Shown: positions 30,264 to 42,047, numbered from the whole stretch's first letter. The stretch is DNA of 63,979 nt, filler included, from Thermoplasmatota archaeon (GCA_041623215.1; 12 parts of 12 records of this genome joined end to end with filler, not necessarily neighbours in it); one strand, 5' to 3'. Numbers and translations are program-made. The notes: generated by a model from the letters alone, not told the origin.

Positions 30264-31385
30264 CTAGCTGCGCCGGCGAATCACGGCCACCGCCATTAGG
30301 AGGCCAGCCAGGAGCACGGCGAGGCCGGGGCCAGGCACGCCCACTTCGGGCGCGGTGGTGCTTTGGGGTTCGACCAGGCGCTGGGTGCAGCGGTCGCCGG
30401 GGCCGAGTTCGTAGTCCACGGTCAAATTGAACGGGCCGTTGTGGCGAATGACGCCTCCAGGAACGAAGTGGGGTCCAACGAAGGCGTGGGTGGCTTCGGC
30501 AACGATGGCAAATGAGTGCTCGCCTTTGGGTAGGCCACACGCCTTGGGTCCGACGGCCCACGCGTCGATATCTTCGTCGTAGGTGAGGTTCACGTCGGGC
30601 CCGCCGTCAATCGGGTCGAGGTAAACGCGGTGGAGTCCCACGCTGGCGGGGGTTTCCACGCTCAAGCGGTCGGTGGGGCTTTGCATGACATCGTCGCGGG
30701 GCCCCGTATAACGGAGGGCACGGCTGGAGACATCCACTTGTCCGGTGCTGACGCCGGTGCGGCCCGCTTCGTCGGTCACGGTGAACGTGTAGGTGTAGGA
30801 GCCGGCGGCCAATTCGTCGCGAAACAGCAAACGATGGGGTCCTTCTGGCACCAAGGCGTCTTTCGTCGCAACCGTATTGCTGCCCCGCTGCAGGATGAAG
30901 TCGTAGCTTTCCACGCCGGAATTATCCAGCGTGAACAAGTGCATCTCGGTGACGGCGCCCGCTTGTTGTACGTCGGGCGACGTGATGACAACCGCTTGCG
31001 GGTCGGCGTAATCGCTAATCGGCGGGTTGACGACGAGGATGAAGAACGCCAGCCACGTGAAGAAGAACAGGAAGCCCGTCCCCATCCATTCGCGGCGGCC
31101 AAAGTGACTGATGTCAATCTTCAGCGCGGGGTAGATGAAGCGAAGCAAGTAGCCGGTGGCGCCACACACGAGGAGGCCCGCAAACCAACCGGTTTGTGCG
31201 CCGTCCATGGCGGCAAAAATGGCCCATGAAATCAGGGCTGCCACAACGCCCCATGCAAACAGGATGATGGTGGTGCGGAAACTCACCATTTCCTTGTGAA
31301 TGAAGGCATCTTCGTCAAAGTCCGGGGGGATGAATTCGTATCCCTCTTCACCGGTGTCCTCATCCGGCTTGTTCCGCTTGGCCAC
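30264..31385 (-). CDS. Membrane protein (N-terminal 3 TM, Ig-like ectodomain, PGF-CTERM-like tail)
   Basis: YEFIPPDFDEDAFIHKE then 3 TM; tail VPGPGLAVLLAGLLMAVAVIRRRS; GTG start. Confidence 0.75.
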   Translation of the reverse strand: MAKRNKPDEDTGEEGYEFIPPDFDEDAFIHKEMVSFRTTIILFAWGVVAALISWAIFAAMDGAQTGWFAGLLVCGATGYLLRFIYPALKIDISHFGRREWMGTGFLFFFTWLAFFILVVNPPISDYADPQAVVITSPDVQQAGAVTEMHLFTLDNSGVESYDFILQRGSNTVATKDALVPEGPHRLLFRDELAAGSYTYTFTVTDEAGRTGVSTGQVDVSSRALRYTGPRDDVMQSPTDRLSVETPASVGLHRVYLDPIDGGPDVNLTYDEDIDAWAVGPKACGLPKGEHSFAIVAEATHAFVGPHFVPGGVIRHNGPFNLTVDYELGPGDRCTQRLVEPQSTTAPEVGVPGPGLAVLLAGLLMAVAVIRRRS

Positions 31386-31406
31386 GGCGCGGCGAGCCCA
31401 CCTCCG

Positions 31407-31412
31407 TTTAAA
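31407..31412. promoter_or_regulatory. Putative TATA box between divergent genes
   Basis: Palindromic TTTAAA about 22 nt from GTG 31385 and 37 nt from GTG 31450. Confidence 0.45.
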
Positions 31413-31449
31413 GGGGTGCAGGGGTCGGCCTCCTGAAGAGGACCAAACG

Positions 31450-32624
31450 GTGGGCGCAAAACCCAGGCCCAAGCAGGGCATGACCAACGTGGACGTTGCG
31501 GCCTTGGCAGCGGAGCTTGGGCCCATGTTGGTTGGTGCGCGGGTGGACAAGGCGTACCAGCCTGCCAAGGAGCAGGTGTTGCTGCGCCTGCGCCAGCGGG
31601 GTCTGGGTCGCTTGGACCTCCTCATTGAACTGGGCCGCTTCATTACGTTGGTTCGCCGCCCACCAGAGAATCCCGGCCAACCGAGCATGGTGGCCAAGAT
31701 TCTTCGGAAGGATCTAGGCAATGCTCGCATCACGGCGGTTCGGCAAGTCGGGTTCGACCGCTTGCTCCGCTTTGACTTGGAGCGCGGCGACGGGCGGCGA
31801 AGTCTCATTCTTGAGATGTTCGGCGACGGGAACTTGCTCCTCCTGGACCCCGATGACGACGACCGCATCTTACTGCCCATGCGCGGCATGGAGCACGGCG
31901 TGCGGCGTCTCAAACGAGGCGAACCGTATCAGGCCCCGCCGGGTGGTGCTTTGCCCTTCGCACTTGACCAAGCCGCCATGCAGGCGGCTGCATCCGAAGC
32001 CAGCCACGATGTCATCCGGTTCCTCGCCTTGGACCTTGGCTTTGGTCCGCAATGGGCCGAAGAACTTTGCCTGCGAGCCGGTGTGGACAAGAAAGTCGAG
32101 GCCAGCCAAGCCCCGGACGAAGTTTGGCACGCCCTGCACGCAGCCATCGATGCGCTTGGCAACGAATTGGCCCGCAACGACCTAGCCCCGCAAGTCGTCC
32201 ACCACGGCGAAGTCATCGTGGACGCAGTGCCGTTCCCACTCCAATCCTATCCTTCACCCCAGTTCACCGCCACCGACACTGCCACGTTTGCCGAAGCACT
32301 CGATACGTGCTTTCGCGGCGAACAAGGCGACGACGATGAGGATGCGGACGACCCGCGCCGCCGCCGCTTCGACGAAGAGCGTGGCAAAATGGTTCGTCGC
32401 CTGCGGCAAATGGAATCGGCCCTTGATGACTTTGCTAAGGAGGAAGCCGACCGGCGCGCCGATGGCGACACCCTATACGCCTGCTTCCAAGAAGTGCAGG
32501 CTACCCTCGACGCCCTAACTAAGGCGCGCGAGGAGCATGGCCTCCACGCAGTCGCCGCACGCATCCGGCAAGCACGCGAAGCCAACGACCCTGCGGCAGG
32601 AGACGTGCTGGAGGTGCGGCCGGA
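31450..32624 (+). CDS. rqcH: Ribosome quality-control NFACT protein (Rqc2/RqcH); 3' partial
   Basis: MTNVDV..L..EL, GARVDKAYQ, LRK.L.NA.I..V.Q..FDR, LILEMFGDGNLLL, GP.WAEELC. Confidence 0.88.
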
Positions 32625-32737
32625 NNNNNNNNNNNNNNNNNNNNNNNNNNNNNNNNNNNNNNNNNNNNTTAATTAATTAANNNNNNNNNNNNNNNNNNNN
32701 NNNNNNNNNNNNNNNNNNNNNNNNCAAGGGGTGTGCG

Positions 32738-33946
32738 TCAACGTGAATCGTCGCGTCGGCGCGCCGCCATTACCATGGCCAAAGCAGCCCCCGCGCCCAG
32801 TAGCGTTACGAGCGCTGAGGGCCCGGGCGCGCCGGCATCTTCCTCCACCGTGAACGTCCAGCGAGCAACGCCTTCTCCGCCCGCTTCGTTGGTGACCTCT
32901 ACGGCGACGGCATGGAGTCCCGGCTTCAAGCCGCCGAAGGCCGCCGAAACGAGCCCCCATTGCACGGTGAAGCCGTCCGGAATTTCCTGCTTGTCCAAGA
33001 ATAGGCGAACGCGGTCATGGGGAACCAACGATTCCGGACTGACGATCCGTGCCTGCACTTCGACATCCGGCCCCAAAACCGTGCTGCCGGGGGCCGGGCG
33101 AAGATCCACTAACCGGGGCTCAGGAGCGGCGGGCGCGGACAGCGTTCGAAGCGAGAAATTGTCCGAACGAGCGACCTGCCCCGCCCAATCAGTGAAGGTG
33201 TACCACACAGTGTACTCCGTGTCGCTTTGCATGCCTTGGACCGGGAAGTACTGCACCGTATCATAGGCCGTTGTGGGAAGCGGCACAGGTTCGTCGCCGG
33301 CACCAGCCTCCAATCGGTACACCGTCGCAAGGGTCGGTTCTTCGGTGGTGCTGCTCGCGTGGAAGGAGAAATGCGTGAGCTCGGTGACCTCCCCAACCTC
33401 GAAGGCAGGAGGGCTAATATCGCGCCGCAGGAGCAATGTCGCCGGGCCCGGCCCCGGAAGTCCAAGCCGGTAGGTGAATTGGTCCAGGGTGCCTGTGATG
33501 TTGATGACCGGCGTTCGCTTGTGGCCAGCCTCAGGGGCCGGGAACTCAATCACATCGACGTCAACGCGGTCGAGAACCTGGAATGCGTGCGGGTGAGTGT
33601 GCGGTGCATCGGGGTGCTGGGCCGAGTCATTGAACTCGGGGACGACCTGGCGAATCCATTCCACGTCGAATGCACCCCCGGCAATGTTGATTTCTGCGAT
33701 GGTGGTATTCTTGTTGAGGTTGAGTTTCCACTCATACCATTCGCCGGCTTCCCATCGACTCGACACAATCAATCCTGGTGGCGCCTGGGTCACGGGCACC
33801 CCACCCGTTCCTGTGAACCGTATGTCGAAATCGGACGAGGTGCCGCTCGACTCGTTTGGCGCGGCGGCCGTGGACAAGGCGACGAGCGGGGACGCCATGA
33901 GGACAACCGCAAGGAGCGAAACGGTGAGTGACTGCATCTCGGCCAT
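32738..33946 (-). CDS. Secreted surface protein with FN3/Ig-like domains and PGF-CTERM-like tail
   Basis: Signal peptide; tail APGPSALVTLLGAGAALAMVMAARRR. Confidence 0.7.
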   Translation of the reverse strand: MAEMQSLTVSLLAVVLMASPLVALSTAAAPNESSGTSSDFDIRFTGTGGVPVTQAPPGLIVSSRWEAGEWYEWKLNLNKNTTIAEINIAGGAFDVEWIRQVVPEFNDSAQHPDAPHTHPHAFQVLDRVDVDVIEFPAPEAGHKRTPVINITGTLDQFTYRLGLPGPGPATLLLRRDISPPAFEVGEVTELTHFSFHASSTTEEPTLATVYRLEAGAGDEPVPLPTTAYDTVQYFPVQGMQSDTEYTVWYTFTDWAGQVARSDNFSLRTLSAPAAPEPRLVDLRPAPGSTVLGPDVEVQARIVSPESLVPHDRVRLFLDKQEIPDGFTVQWGLVSAAFGGLKPGLHAVAVEVTNEAGGEGVARWTFTVEEDAGAPGPSALVTLLGAGAALAMVMAARRRDDSR

Positions 33947-34048
33947 CCACCGGGGGCCTGGATGAAAACGGTTCGCTGGCGCGCTGAAGGCCAGCGGGCA
34001 TCGTTCGAAGAATAAGGGGGGAAGAAGGGGAAAAGGGAGCGTCTTGAC

Positions 34049-35833
34049 CTAGACGCCTTCGGTGTGGCAACTGCCACTGGAGGCGTGGTCTGCCGCGCTG
34101 TCCCAGGCTAGGACGGCGTGGCTGAGTCCGGTTACGCAGGTGGTGTAGGTGCCACTGCCAACGCCCGACCATTCGAACGTCACGGTGCCATCTGCGGCGG
34201 TGTCGGCACAACCGGAAGCACTGCTGCCGCCGGCCTTGTCGACTTGCACGCAGACATTCGCCGCCGCGACGCCAAGCTCATTGCTGTCATAGATGACGAC
34301 ATCGATGAGCAGATTGCCGTTCTTGGGGCCACCTTGGCGACGGTGGTCGAGGCTGTGCACGTGCATGGTGCTTGCAGCATCGGTCTCGTCGTCGTCGTTG
34401 GCATCCGTGCACCCGGAGTCCGCGGGGAAGTCCGTGAAGCCGTCGCCGTCATTGTCGATGCCATCGCTGCACGCCGGGGCGGGCGGGTCGGTTTCGTCAT
34501 TGTCGTTGGCGTCGGTGCAGCCAGGGTCGTTCGGGAAGTCCGTCAGGCCGTCGCCATCGTTGTCGATGCCGTCGCTGCATTGGGCAACCGGCGGCTCACC
34601 ACCGGCGGCGATGACGGCTGCGGCCGCATCAATGCGGCCAAAGCCGAACGTGTTGTCGTGGCCAGCGGGGCCTAGGTCCACGGCGGTATCCTTGAGAATT
34701 TGGTCGGCTTGGCTGAAGGTCAGCGTGCCATCAACCGCCTTCATGAGGGCAACGGTACCGGCGACATGGGGCGTGGCCATGGAGGTGCCCGAGTAGGCAG
34801 AGTATCCATTACCCACCGAGGAAAGGATGCCGACAGCAGGGGCGGAGACGTCGGCCTCGGGGCCCTTGCTGTTGCTCGTGTAGCCGTTGTCATTGCTGTC
34901 CGTGCCCGTCACGATGGTGACGATGGATGCAGCGGGCGCCCAGGGGTTGCCGATGCAGTTGCTGCATCCGCCGTTACCTGCTGCCGCGACGTGGTGGACA
35001 CCAAGGCCATGGCTGTAGGCGATGGCATCGTTGATGGCGGTCGAGAAGGCGCCGCCACCCCACGAGTTGCTGCTGACATGACCGCCCTGGTCGCCGACGT
35101 ATTTCAGCGCGTCCGCGATTCCTGTGTCGCCCGCGGATTTACAGGAGTACGGTCCGCCGCCGACCTTGTGGAAAATCTTGGCGACCAGCACGCTGTGCTG
35201 GCTCATGCCGGCGATGCCGACACCGTTGTTGATGTTGGCTCCGGCCGTGCCGGTTGTGTGGGTGCCGTGGAAGCTGCAGCTGCCACCGGTGTCCTGGGGA
35301 TTGTTGTCGCCCTCGTAGAAGTCCCAACCACCGAGGTAGCGCGCGCCTTGGTGGTCTTCGTGATTGGCAACGAGGCCAGAGTCCACCATGCCGACCTTAA
35401 CGGCCGTGCTGCCGGTGGTGATGTCCCACGCGGCTTCGCCGTTGATCTTCTTGGAACCATAGTGGCCAGGATCGCTGTACAAGGCATCGTTGGGGGTCAG
35501 GTGCAGGACGCGGTCGCCGGGGTTGTTGATTTCGACGTACCGTACCTCGTTGTCAAGGAGCGTGACCGCATCAAGTGCGACCCGCGCTTCCGCGTGCACG
35601 AGGAAATAGCGCAGGTCTTCATCCACCTTGAGGACGGGGAAGCCGGCGTAGGAGACCTTGTCCAGCGGGAGCTCGTAGAAACCCACGATGTATTCTCCCT
35701 TGGGATCCGTTGTGAGCGGACCCTGGTCGATGCGTTCTACCAACGGATGGATGGTTACTTGCTCGTCTGCTTCGGCAACCGGCATGAATGCAAGGAGCAT
35801 CATCGCGGTCAGTGTCAGGAGTCGTTTCTGCAT
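34049..35833 (-). CDS. Secreted S8 subtilisin-like protease with two CSDGIDNDGDG Ca-binding repeats
   Basis: VDSG, HGTHTTG, AAAGN, GTSMATPHVAG; duplicated CSDGIDNDGDG.TDFP.D.GC. Confidence 0.95.
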   Translation of the reverse strand: MQKRLLTLTAMMLLAFMPVAEADEQVTIHPLVERIDQGPLTTDPKGEYIVGFYELPLDKVSYAGFPVLKVDEDLRYFLVHAEARVALDAVTLLDNEVRYVEINNPGDRVLHLTPNDALYSDPGHYGSKKINGEAAWDITTGSTAVKVGMVDSGLVANHEDHQGARYLGGWDFYEGDNNPQDTGGSCSFHGTHTTGTAGANINNGVGIAGMSQHSVLVAKIFHKVGGGPYSCKSAGDTGIADALKYVGDQGGHVSSNSWGGGAFSTAINDAIAYSHGLGVHHVAAAGNGGCSNCIGNPWAPAASIVTIVTGTDSNDNGYTSNSKGPEADVSAPAVGILSSVGNGYSAYSGTSMATPHVAGTVALMKAVDGTLTFSQADQILKDTAVDLGPAGHDNTFGFGRIDAAAAVIAAGGEPPVAQCSDGIDNDGDGLTDFPNDPGCTDANDNDETDPPAPACSDGIDNDGDGFTDFPADSGCTDANDDDETDAASTMHVHSLDHRRQGGPKNGNLLIDVVIYDSNELGVAAANVCVQVDKAGGSSASGCADTAADGTVTFEWSGVGSGTYTTCVTGLSHAVLAWDSAADHASSGSCHTEGV

Positions 35834-35954
35834 TGGTTCACCTAGGTCAGTGGGCTGAGCTGCGCAAGCGCATGCCTACCCCCACTTCTGCGCGGCATCA
35901 CAAGGTCAACTTAAGGGACTTCCTTCCGCCGACAAGAAGCCGCGACACGGTTAC

Positions 35955-37094
35955 TCATCTGGCGCATTGGTCGCCCTGGCCGACCGCGAGAGCCGCTAGG
36001 AGCCGTTCGCCGTTTCGCGCGTTCATATGGGATGTATCCACGAAGTCCACTGCCGTGCCCCCAAAGGCATCGATGCGCATGTAGTCGAACACGCGCGCGG
36101 CGGGACTGCAATGCGCCCGCGCGAGGTCCACAACCGCTTCATGGGCTGCTGCGAAGGGCTCGCCAAGCTCCGCAACGCGGACCGGGTGCAACGGCATGAT
36201 GACCAGCGACACGTTGGTCCCGTTGGCTGCCGCAGCGACCATCAATGCATGCACCGCAGCGGCTTGGTGCGGGTGAAGTCCATCGAAGGAACCGCTCCAG
36301 GCAACGAAGTCCTCCCGGGCCAGCCGGTTAGGGTTCTCGGCATCGAACTGCGGCGGCCCGTCGGCCCCGCGTTCAAGGTCCAGGTAAGTCACAGTGCCAT
36401 CTGAGTCGAATGCAACCTGTGCCGGATAGGCTCCCCCCGCCAGATGCCAGGCACGAGCAATCGTGGTCTGTAGGTAGCCGATGTTGAGGGAGCGGCGGGC
36501 TCCTTCGGCCAAGTCCCAGGCCGACGGTTGATCGTGCAACGGTGACAGGATGTAACGCGTCGGATCGTCCTGGGGCGTCTGCGTGACGAGCCGACCCACA
36601 TCCAGGCCAACGATGATGTGTTGCGGCGTCCGCCCTTCAGCCACGGCATGTTGATACAGGGCCAAGCTGCTGGCGGCAGCTGCACCGGGCAAAGCGAAGT
36701 TGAACGCCGTGTCACCCGTGGCCTGGTGCCAAGACGCCGCCGGGAGCACCATGGCGGTGCTGCTTCCCAGGATGAGTGTGGATGGCGGCGGCTCGCTAGC
36801 AAGAAACAGGCTGCGCTTATGCCCGGGTGCGTCCCAGGGAGCCGGGGGAAATGCTTGCGTGGGGAACTCGTCGAAGGGGTCCACAATGACATTGGCCATC
36901 GCGGCTGTACCTAATCCCACGACCACCAACGCCAGCACTGCGGCGGCGCTCCGGCGCCAACGCGGGTCGTCGGCTGGTTGAAGCGGTTCGGCCAGCATCG
37001 GGAGGTATGGTCCACGCCTCGCCACAGCGGCATCCGGGGTCTGGGCCGCCGGGCCAGCTTGTTGCGAGTTGGATTCGTTGCGCGTCCGAGTCAT
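35955..37094 (-). CDS. Membrane-anchored SGNH-like protein (AlgJ/DltD-type MBOAT partner)
   Basis: N-terminal TM then N..VDP, LILGSS, FNFAL.G, P.H, C-terminal F.D.SH.N..G. Confidence 0.7.
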   Translation of the reverse strand: MTRTRNESNSQQAGPAAQTPDAAVARRGPYLPMLAEPLQPADDPRWRRSAAAVLALVVVGLGTAAMANVIVDPFDEFPTQAFPPAPWDAPGHKRSLFLASEPPPSTLILGSSTAMVLPAASWHQATGDTAFNFALPGAAAASSLALYQHAVAEGRTPQHIIVGLDVGRLVTQTPQDDPTRYILSPLHDQPSAWDLAEGARRSLNIGYLQTTIARAWHLAGGAYPAQVAFDSDGTVTYLDLERGADGPPQFDAENPNRLAREDFVAWSGSFDGLHPHQAAAVHALMVAAAANGTNVSLVIMPLHPVRVAELGEPFAAAHEAVVDLARAHCSPAARVFDYMRIDAFGGTAVDFVDTSHMNARNGERLLAALAVGQGDQCAR

Positions 37095-37115
37095 AGTCAG
37101 TTGGGGGGTGGGGAA

Positions 37116-37965
37116 TCAGAATTGGTAGTACAGGAAGGGGCTGTGGATCGAGTTGGCGACAATGGTAGCCGCAAGCAACAAGGCGGCGGTGGCTACGGTC
37201 CACGGCAGCGTCGGCTTGGGTCGCAGGCGACTGGTCGGCTTGGCCAGCCAGGTGAAGAGGACCAGCACAAGTAGGAGCCAGGTCCACGGGTTCGTGAGTG
37301 GCGCCATCGAGCCGGCTTGCCACGTGAAGAGCGTCGCGTAGATTTCGGTGGCGGTCGCTAAGTCAGGTGCCCGGAAGACGACCCATCCGAGAACCACCAG
37401 AAGGAACATGGCGCCGCGCTGGGCCACCACAGGGAGGCGACTCCACTGCGGTGCCACGGCGCGGTGGCCCGCCAACAGCAGCCCATGGTAGGCACCCCAC
37501 ACGACGAAGGTCCACGCGGCCCCGTGCCACAATCCACCAAGGAGCATGACGATCGCAAGATTCGCCATGCGTCGCCGTTCGCCCAGGCGGTTTCCTCCCA
37601 ACGGGATGTAAAGGTAGTCGCGAAGAAACGTTGACAGGCTGATGTGCCAGCGCCGCCAGAAATCGCTTGGATCTCGCGCTTGGTACGGGGCGTCAAAATT
37701 GACGGGGAAACGCAGCCCCAGCATGGCGCCGAGGCCGATGGCCATGTCGGAATATCCACTGAAGTCGAAGTAGAGTTGCATGGCGTAGCCTAGCGCCGCC
37801 AGCCATGCGGTCAGGGTGGTCAGCGCTGCGGGGTCCGCCCACAAGGCATCGACGCGGGCGGCCAATAAGTCCGCCACGAGGACTTTCTTCGCAAGACCCA
37901 TGGCAAACAGCGACAAGCCGGATGCGAGCAGGCTGTAATTGACCCTCGATGGAATCTCATCCAGC
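37116..37965 (-). CDS. MBOAT O-acyltransferase (AlgI/DltB/PatA type); 5' partial
   Basis: GLAKKVLVAD, QLYFDFSGYSDMAIG, NFDAPY, FWRRWHISLS..LRDYLYIPLGG, GLWHGA, FLYYQF. Confidence 0.95.
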
Positions 37966-38065
37966 NNNNNNNNNNNNNNNNNNNNNNNNNNNNNNNNNNN
38001 NNNNNNNNNTTAATTAATTAANNNNNNNNNNNNNNNNNNNNNNNNNNNNNNNNNNNNNNNNNNNN

Positions 38066-41000
38066 GTCTTGGGCCGTTGTCGTGCTCATCGCGGCGATGG
38101 CTTGGCTTGCCGCAGGCACCGCGGCGCAGGAAGCACCTGCCCCCGGCGCATGGGTCGAAGGGCCCCTGTCCGACGTCGGTGTGCCGGAAGGAGACGGTCG
38201 CCACATGCGTGTTCCGCTGACCGTGACCGTTCCCGCCAAGCTAGCTGCAGCGGCCGACCTGGTCGCCAGTGTTGACCTGGATTTGCCGGCGTTGTTGGCT
38301 GCGGCCGGGCATCCGGAGCCGGAAGATATCCCTGGTTTTGCCATTGATGCCGGTTCGTTCGTGGTTATCGAGACGGATGAGGCTGGGGTCCCACTGCAAA
38401 ATGGGGCTCGCGTGCCGAGTGCTTCGCATGAACTCAGCCGCCAAGCGGAGGGGGTTTACACGCTCCGCTGGACGATGGGAGCACCTCTCGTCTTCGGCGG
38501 TGTTGCCAGTGAACCTGAAGCCGCCAAGCAACGCTGGTTCCACCTGTACTTCGATGCCAATTACAACGGCGAACGCACGCCGGCAAGCTTTGACCCAATG
38601 GCGCTTGACCCGCTGCGCTCGGACGTAGGCAATACCCGCGGCACGCGCCATTATGTCCCTCTCTACTCCTTGCCCGGCCAGCAGGCTACCGAGGAACCTC
38701 GCAGTGTCCGCATTGTCAATGTCGGGCCCTACCCGACAGAAGCCAGAGTCTACGAGTATGGGCCGCGGGGCGATTTGCCCCGCTCCGAACCGGCCGTGAC
38801 CTTACAACTGCCAGCTTTTGGTGGTGTGGGCACCTATGTGCTGGGCAAAAATGGGGCGCTAGCATCCTCTGGGGGCGTCCTGATTGAAGCCGACGGACAC
38901 ATTTGGGCTGAGGCCATTTCGGGCAACGCAGGTGCCTCGGCCACGACCCTGTCGCCGCAGTTCTTGCCAGCCGTAGGTGGCGGCCACGTGGGCCGCATGT
39001 TCGTTTACACGACGCAGGTGGGCCAGGCTCACTACATCTATTGTCCGGCAGACCGCCTCCCGGCCGGGGCATCGTCGTGTTCGATTCGGATTGCCATCAA
39101 TCAACCGTTGGACCAGCAACAGCCGGTCAACATTGACCCCAACCACTTCCGCATCAATCAGGTGGCGGCCAATTCTGTGGTTGTGGTGGAAGCGCTCCGG
39201 GGCCACATTGCGATTCAGCGGGTCGGCGCCGTCAACGAAGGAGGGGGAAGTCTGGGATTCTCCAACTGGCCACCACTAGACCGGGCCGGCACAGGGTCCG
39301 TCCTCATGGGCTACGCGGCCCCCGCCGACTTCATTGCCTTTGGTGCCAAGCAGACCGCAACGGCACGCGTGCAGGCCTTGACCGGTGGTGACCCCGTGCT
39401 TGAGACGGCACTGCGCCTTCGACCCGGGCTATTGGAAGACCAAGCGGGTTGGGGCACGTCGTGGATTCGCGACTGGTCCCGCGGCGAACTACCCGGCAAC
39501 GGCCCAGTCATCATCCGGGAAACCAGCGGCGTCGGCGGCCTTTCTGTAGTCCCAGGTCCCGTAACGTCGCAGTCAGCTTTCAGCGCCCTTGTCCCCTTGT
39601 ATTCGCCCGACGGTGGATACACCTACGACTTCGTGGTTCCTCAGACCGAGGAGCAGGAATTGGGTGGCCTCGTCGTCTTCATCACACGCGACGACACAAG
39701 GTTGGACTCCTCGGTGGACGGCCGCCCGTCCCCCGTTGGAACCGGGGTGTTTCGCACGCATGAACGTCTCAACTTAGACGGCGCCGGTGCCTGGCATCTG
39801 GAGGCAGACCGGCCGGTTGTCGCTGCTTGGCTCAAGCGCGGCACAGCGCCGTTCTCCGGTCCAACGCTTGGCGCAATGGCCCCGCTTGATGTCCAGGCGG
39901 GCCAAGTCGAGTTTAGCGGCTACCTGTTCACAGTCGAAGGCGAAGACTTCGTGACGGCCAAGCCGGGCGCGCAGGTGCGCTTCGACATCGACATTGTCAA
40001 CCTTGCTCGCGCGGTTACGGGCGAAGGCCTGCCTGACCAAGTTCGACTCGCCATTTCCTCCGATGATTTGCCCGGGGCACAATTGTTGCCTGCCACCGTG
40101 GAGCTTCAGGGCCGCGGCAAAGGCAAGATTGGCCATACCCAGGTATTGGTCACGGTCCCGGACGATGTGGATACGTCCGCCGGCAGCGCTTCGTTGCAAC
40201 TGGTTGCGACGAGCGTCAATAACCCCGACTTCGAAGTGCGCCAGCCCCTCACGGTTCGGTTCGAGACGGTCCGCAAAGTCGAGGTCACAGCGGATGGCGT
40301 GCCCGTCAAGGTTCGTCGAGAAATCGTTGCGGGCGGCCAAGCTGCCTACAACATCACAATCACCAACCGCGGCACTGTCGCGGATACCTACGATGTGGAG
40401 TTCTCCGCACCGCCCAACGACGATTGGTCCATGGACGTTAGGCCCGCGTTCAACACAGACGTGTTGAACCGCACGCCGCGCCTGGAACCGGGTGGCTCCG
40501 CTCATTACCTCGTCAGCGTAGCACCGAGCGAGCCAGGCGGTTCACCGGGTGACCTACGCACGGTTGTCCAGGCCATCAGTACGTCCAATAGCTTCGTGCG
40601 TGGAAAGGTGGAACTACGCACGGTCATTGACGTGGATCGAGGCTTTGCAGTCAGCGTGACAGATCCGGTGCGGTCCGTTCCTCCGGGTGGAAATACTACC
40701 TTCAATGTCGTACTCCACAATAACGCGGATGTCAACGAAGAAATCATTGTTGATCAGGTAGTTGGGTCCTTGCCGGCGTCGTGGCCGGCGGCCCGCATTG
40801 AGTGGGTTGGCGTGGCGGACCTTGCCGACATCAACAATACAGTGCGAATTGATCCGCGCTCCAACATTACGCTGGCCGTCCATCGCAGCGTGCCCGACAA
40901 TGCCCCGCCGTTCCAATTAGGCATTGACCGGTTGCGGCTGCGAAGCACATTCGTGCAAGACTCCGCGGGCGCTGACGTGGAGCTCAGCACCGTCGTCAAG

Positions 41001-42047
41001 CCGCTCACTGGTTTCCAAGTGGTCGCACCAATCGACCCGATTGCCGTGACCCCCGGGACCACCGAAAGCGTTGATATCAATCTGGTTGCGCAGGGAACTG
41101 TCACCCAGGCCATCAAAGTCCACGCATCGTTGCTCCCTGCCACCCAGCAGTGGAAGCTGCTCGTGGACGGGGTCGAGGCGCCCTGGAATGTAACCCTGTC
41201 ACCCAACACCACGCGCTCCCTAACGTTGGACATTCAAGTGGCCGGCAGCACACCGGCAGGCCCGGCGGAGTTACCCCTCACATTCTCGGTAAGCGGGTCG
41301 CCCGCCAGCGTCACCACGCTGCGCTTCCAAGTCGCCTCGAAGGCCGCCGCCAGCATCAGCAGCGGCGAATTGACCGTCGCCTCAGGTCGGCCGACGCAAT
41401 TGCCCGCAGTCGTGGCCAATGCGGGTAATGTCCCGCTTGATCTTGTCGTCACGCCAACCGGCCTGCCGGCGGGTTGGCAAGCAACGTCGGCGGACGTGGC
41501 CTTAGCGCCAGGAGAAACCGGACCTGCTCGCGTCACCGTGAGTGCGCCGCCGGGTCTGCGCGGTTCCAGCGCCCAGGTTACCTTGCGGGTGGCCGACGAG
41601 GGTGGCAATTTCCTAACCTCGTCGGTGTGGAGCGTGCGGGTCGGGTCGCCCATGTTGGAGGTCGATGTTGAACGCGCCATCCGCTTGGATTCCGGCGCGC
41701 TCAATTACCAAGTGCGCATGAAGAATGCTGGGGATGCACCAGTGTATGACGTGGCGGCTGAGCTCGTGAGTGGAACCTCCGTTACAGAGCGCGTCGAACT
41801 TCAGCAACTTCTGCCTGAGGGCCAAGCCACGGCGTCGCTCGTCGGGGACACCAAGCGCCAGGCAATCCTGCGCGTCACCGCAAGCCACCTCGAGGAACCC
41901 ATCGTGATTGACTTGTCGGGCGTGCCGGTTGACGGCAGCAAGGATACGCCCGGGCTCGGAATGGCAGCTAGCGTGGCAGCCCTTGGCCTCCTTTCGCTGG
42001 CGGGGCGGCACCGCGCGTCTACCAGCGGCCGGAGGGAGGCACCATGA
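38066..42047 (+). CDS. Large surface protein with tandem Ig-like (NEW3/CARDB-like) repeats and PGF-CTERM-like tail; extreme 5' end missing
   Basis: Signal peptide remnant, repeated V.PG.....I.N.G, LPAGW; tail TPGLGMAASVAALGLLSLAGRHR. Confidence 0.8.

Noticed and set aside
31386..31913. N-terminal extension of the 549-aa ORF
   Set aside because: It overlaps rqcH on the opposite strand; the true start is probably GTG 31385 with a TATA box upstream.
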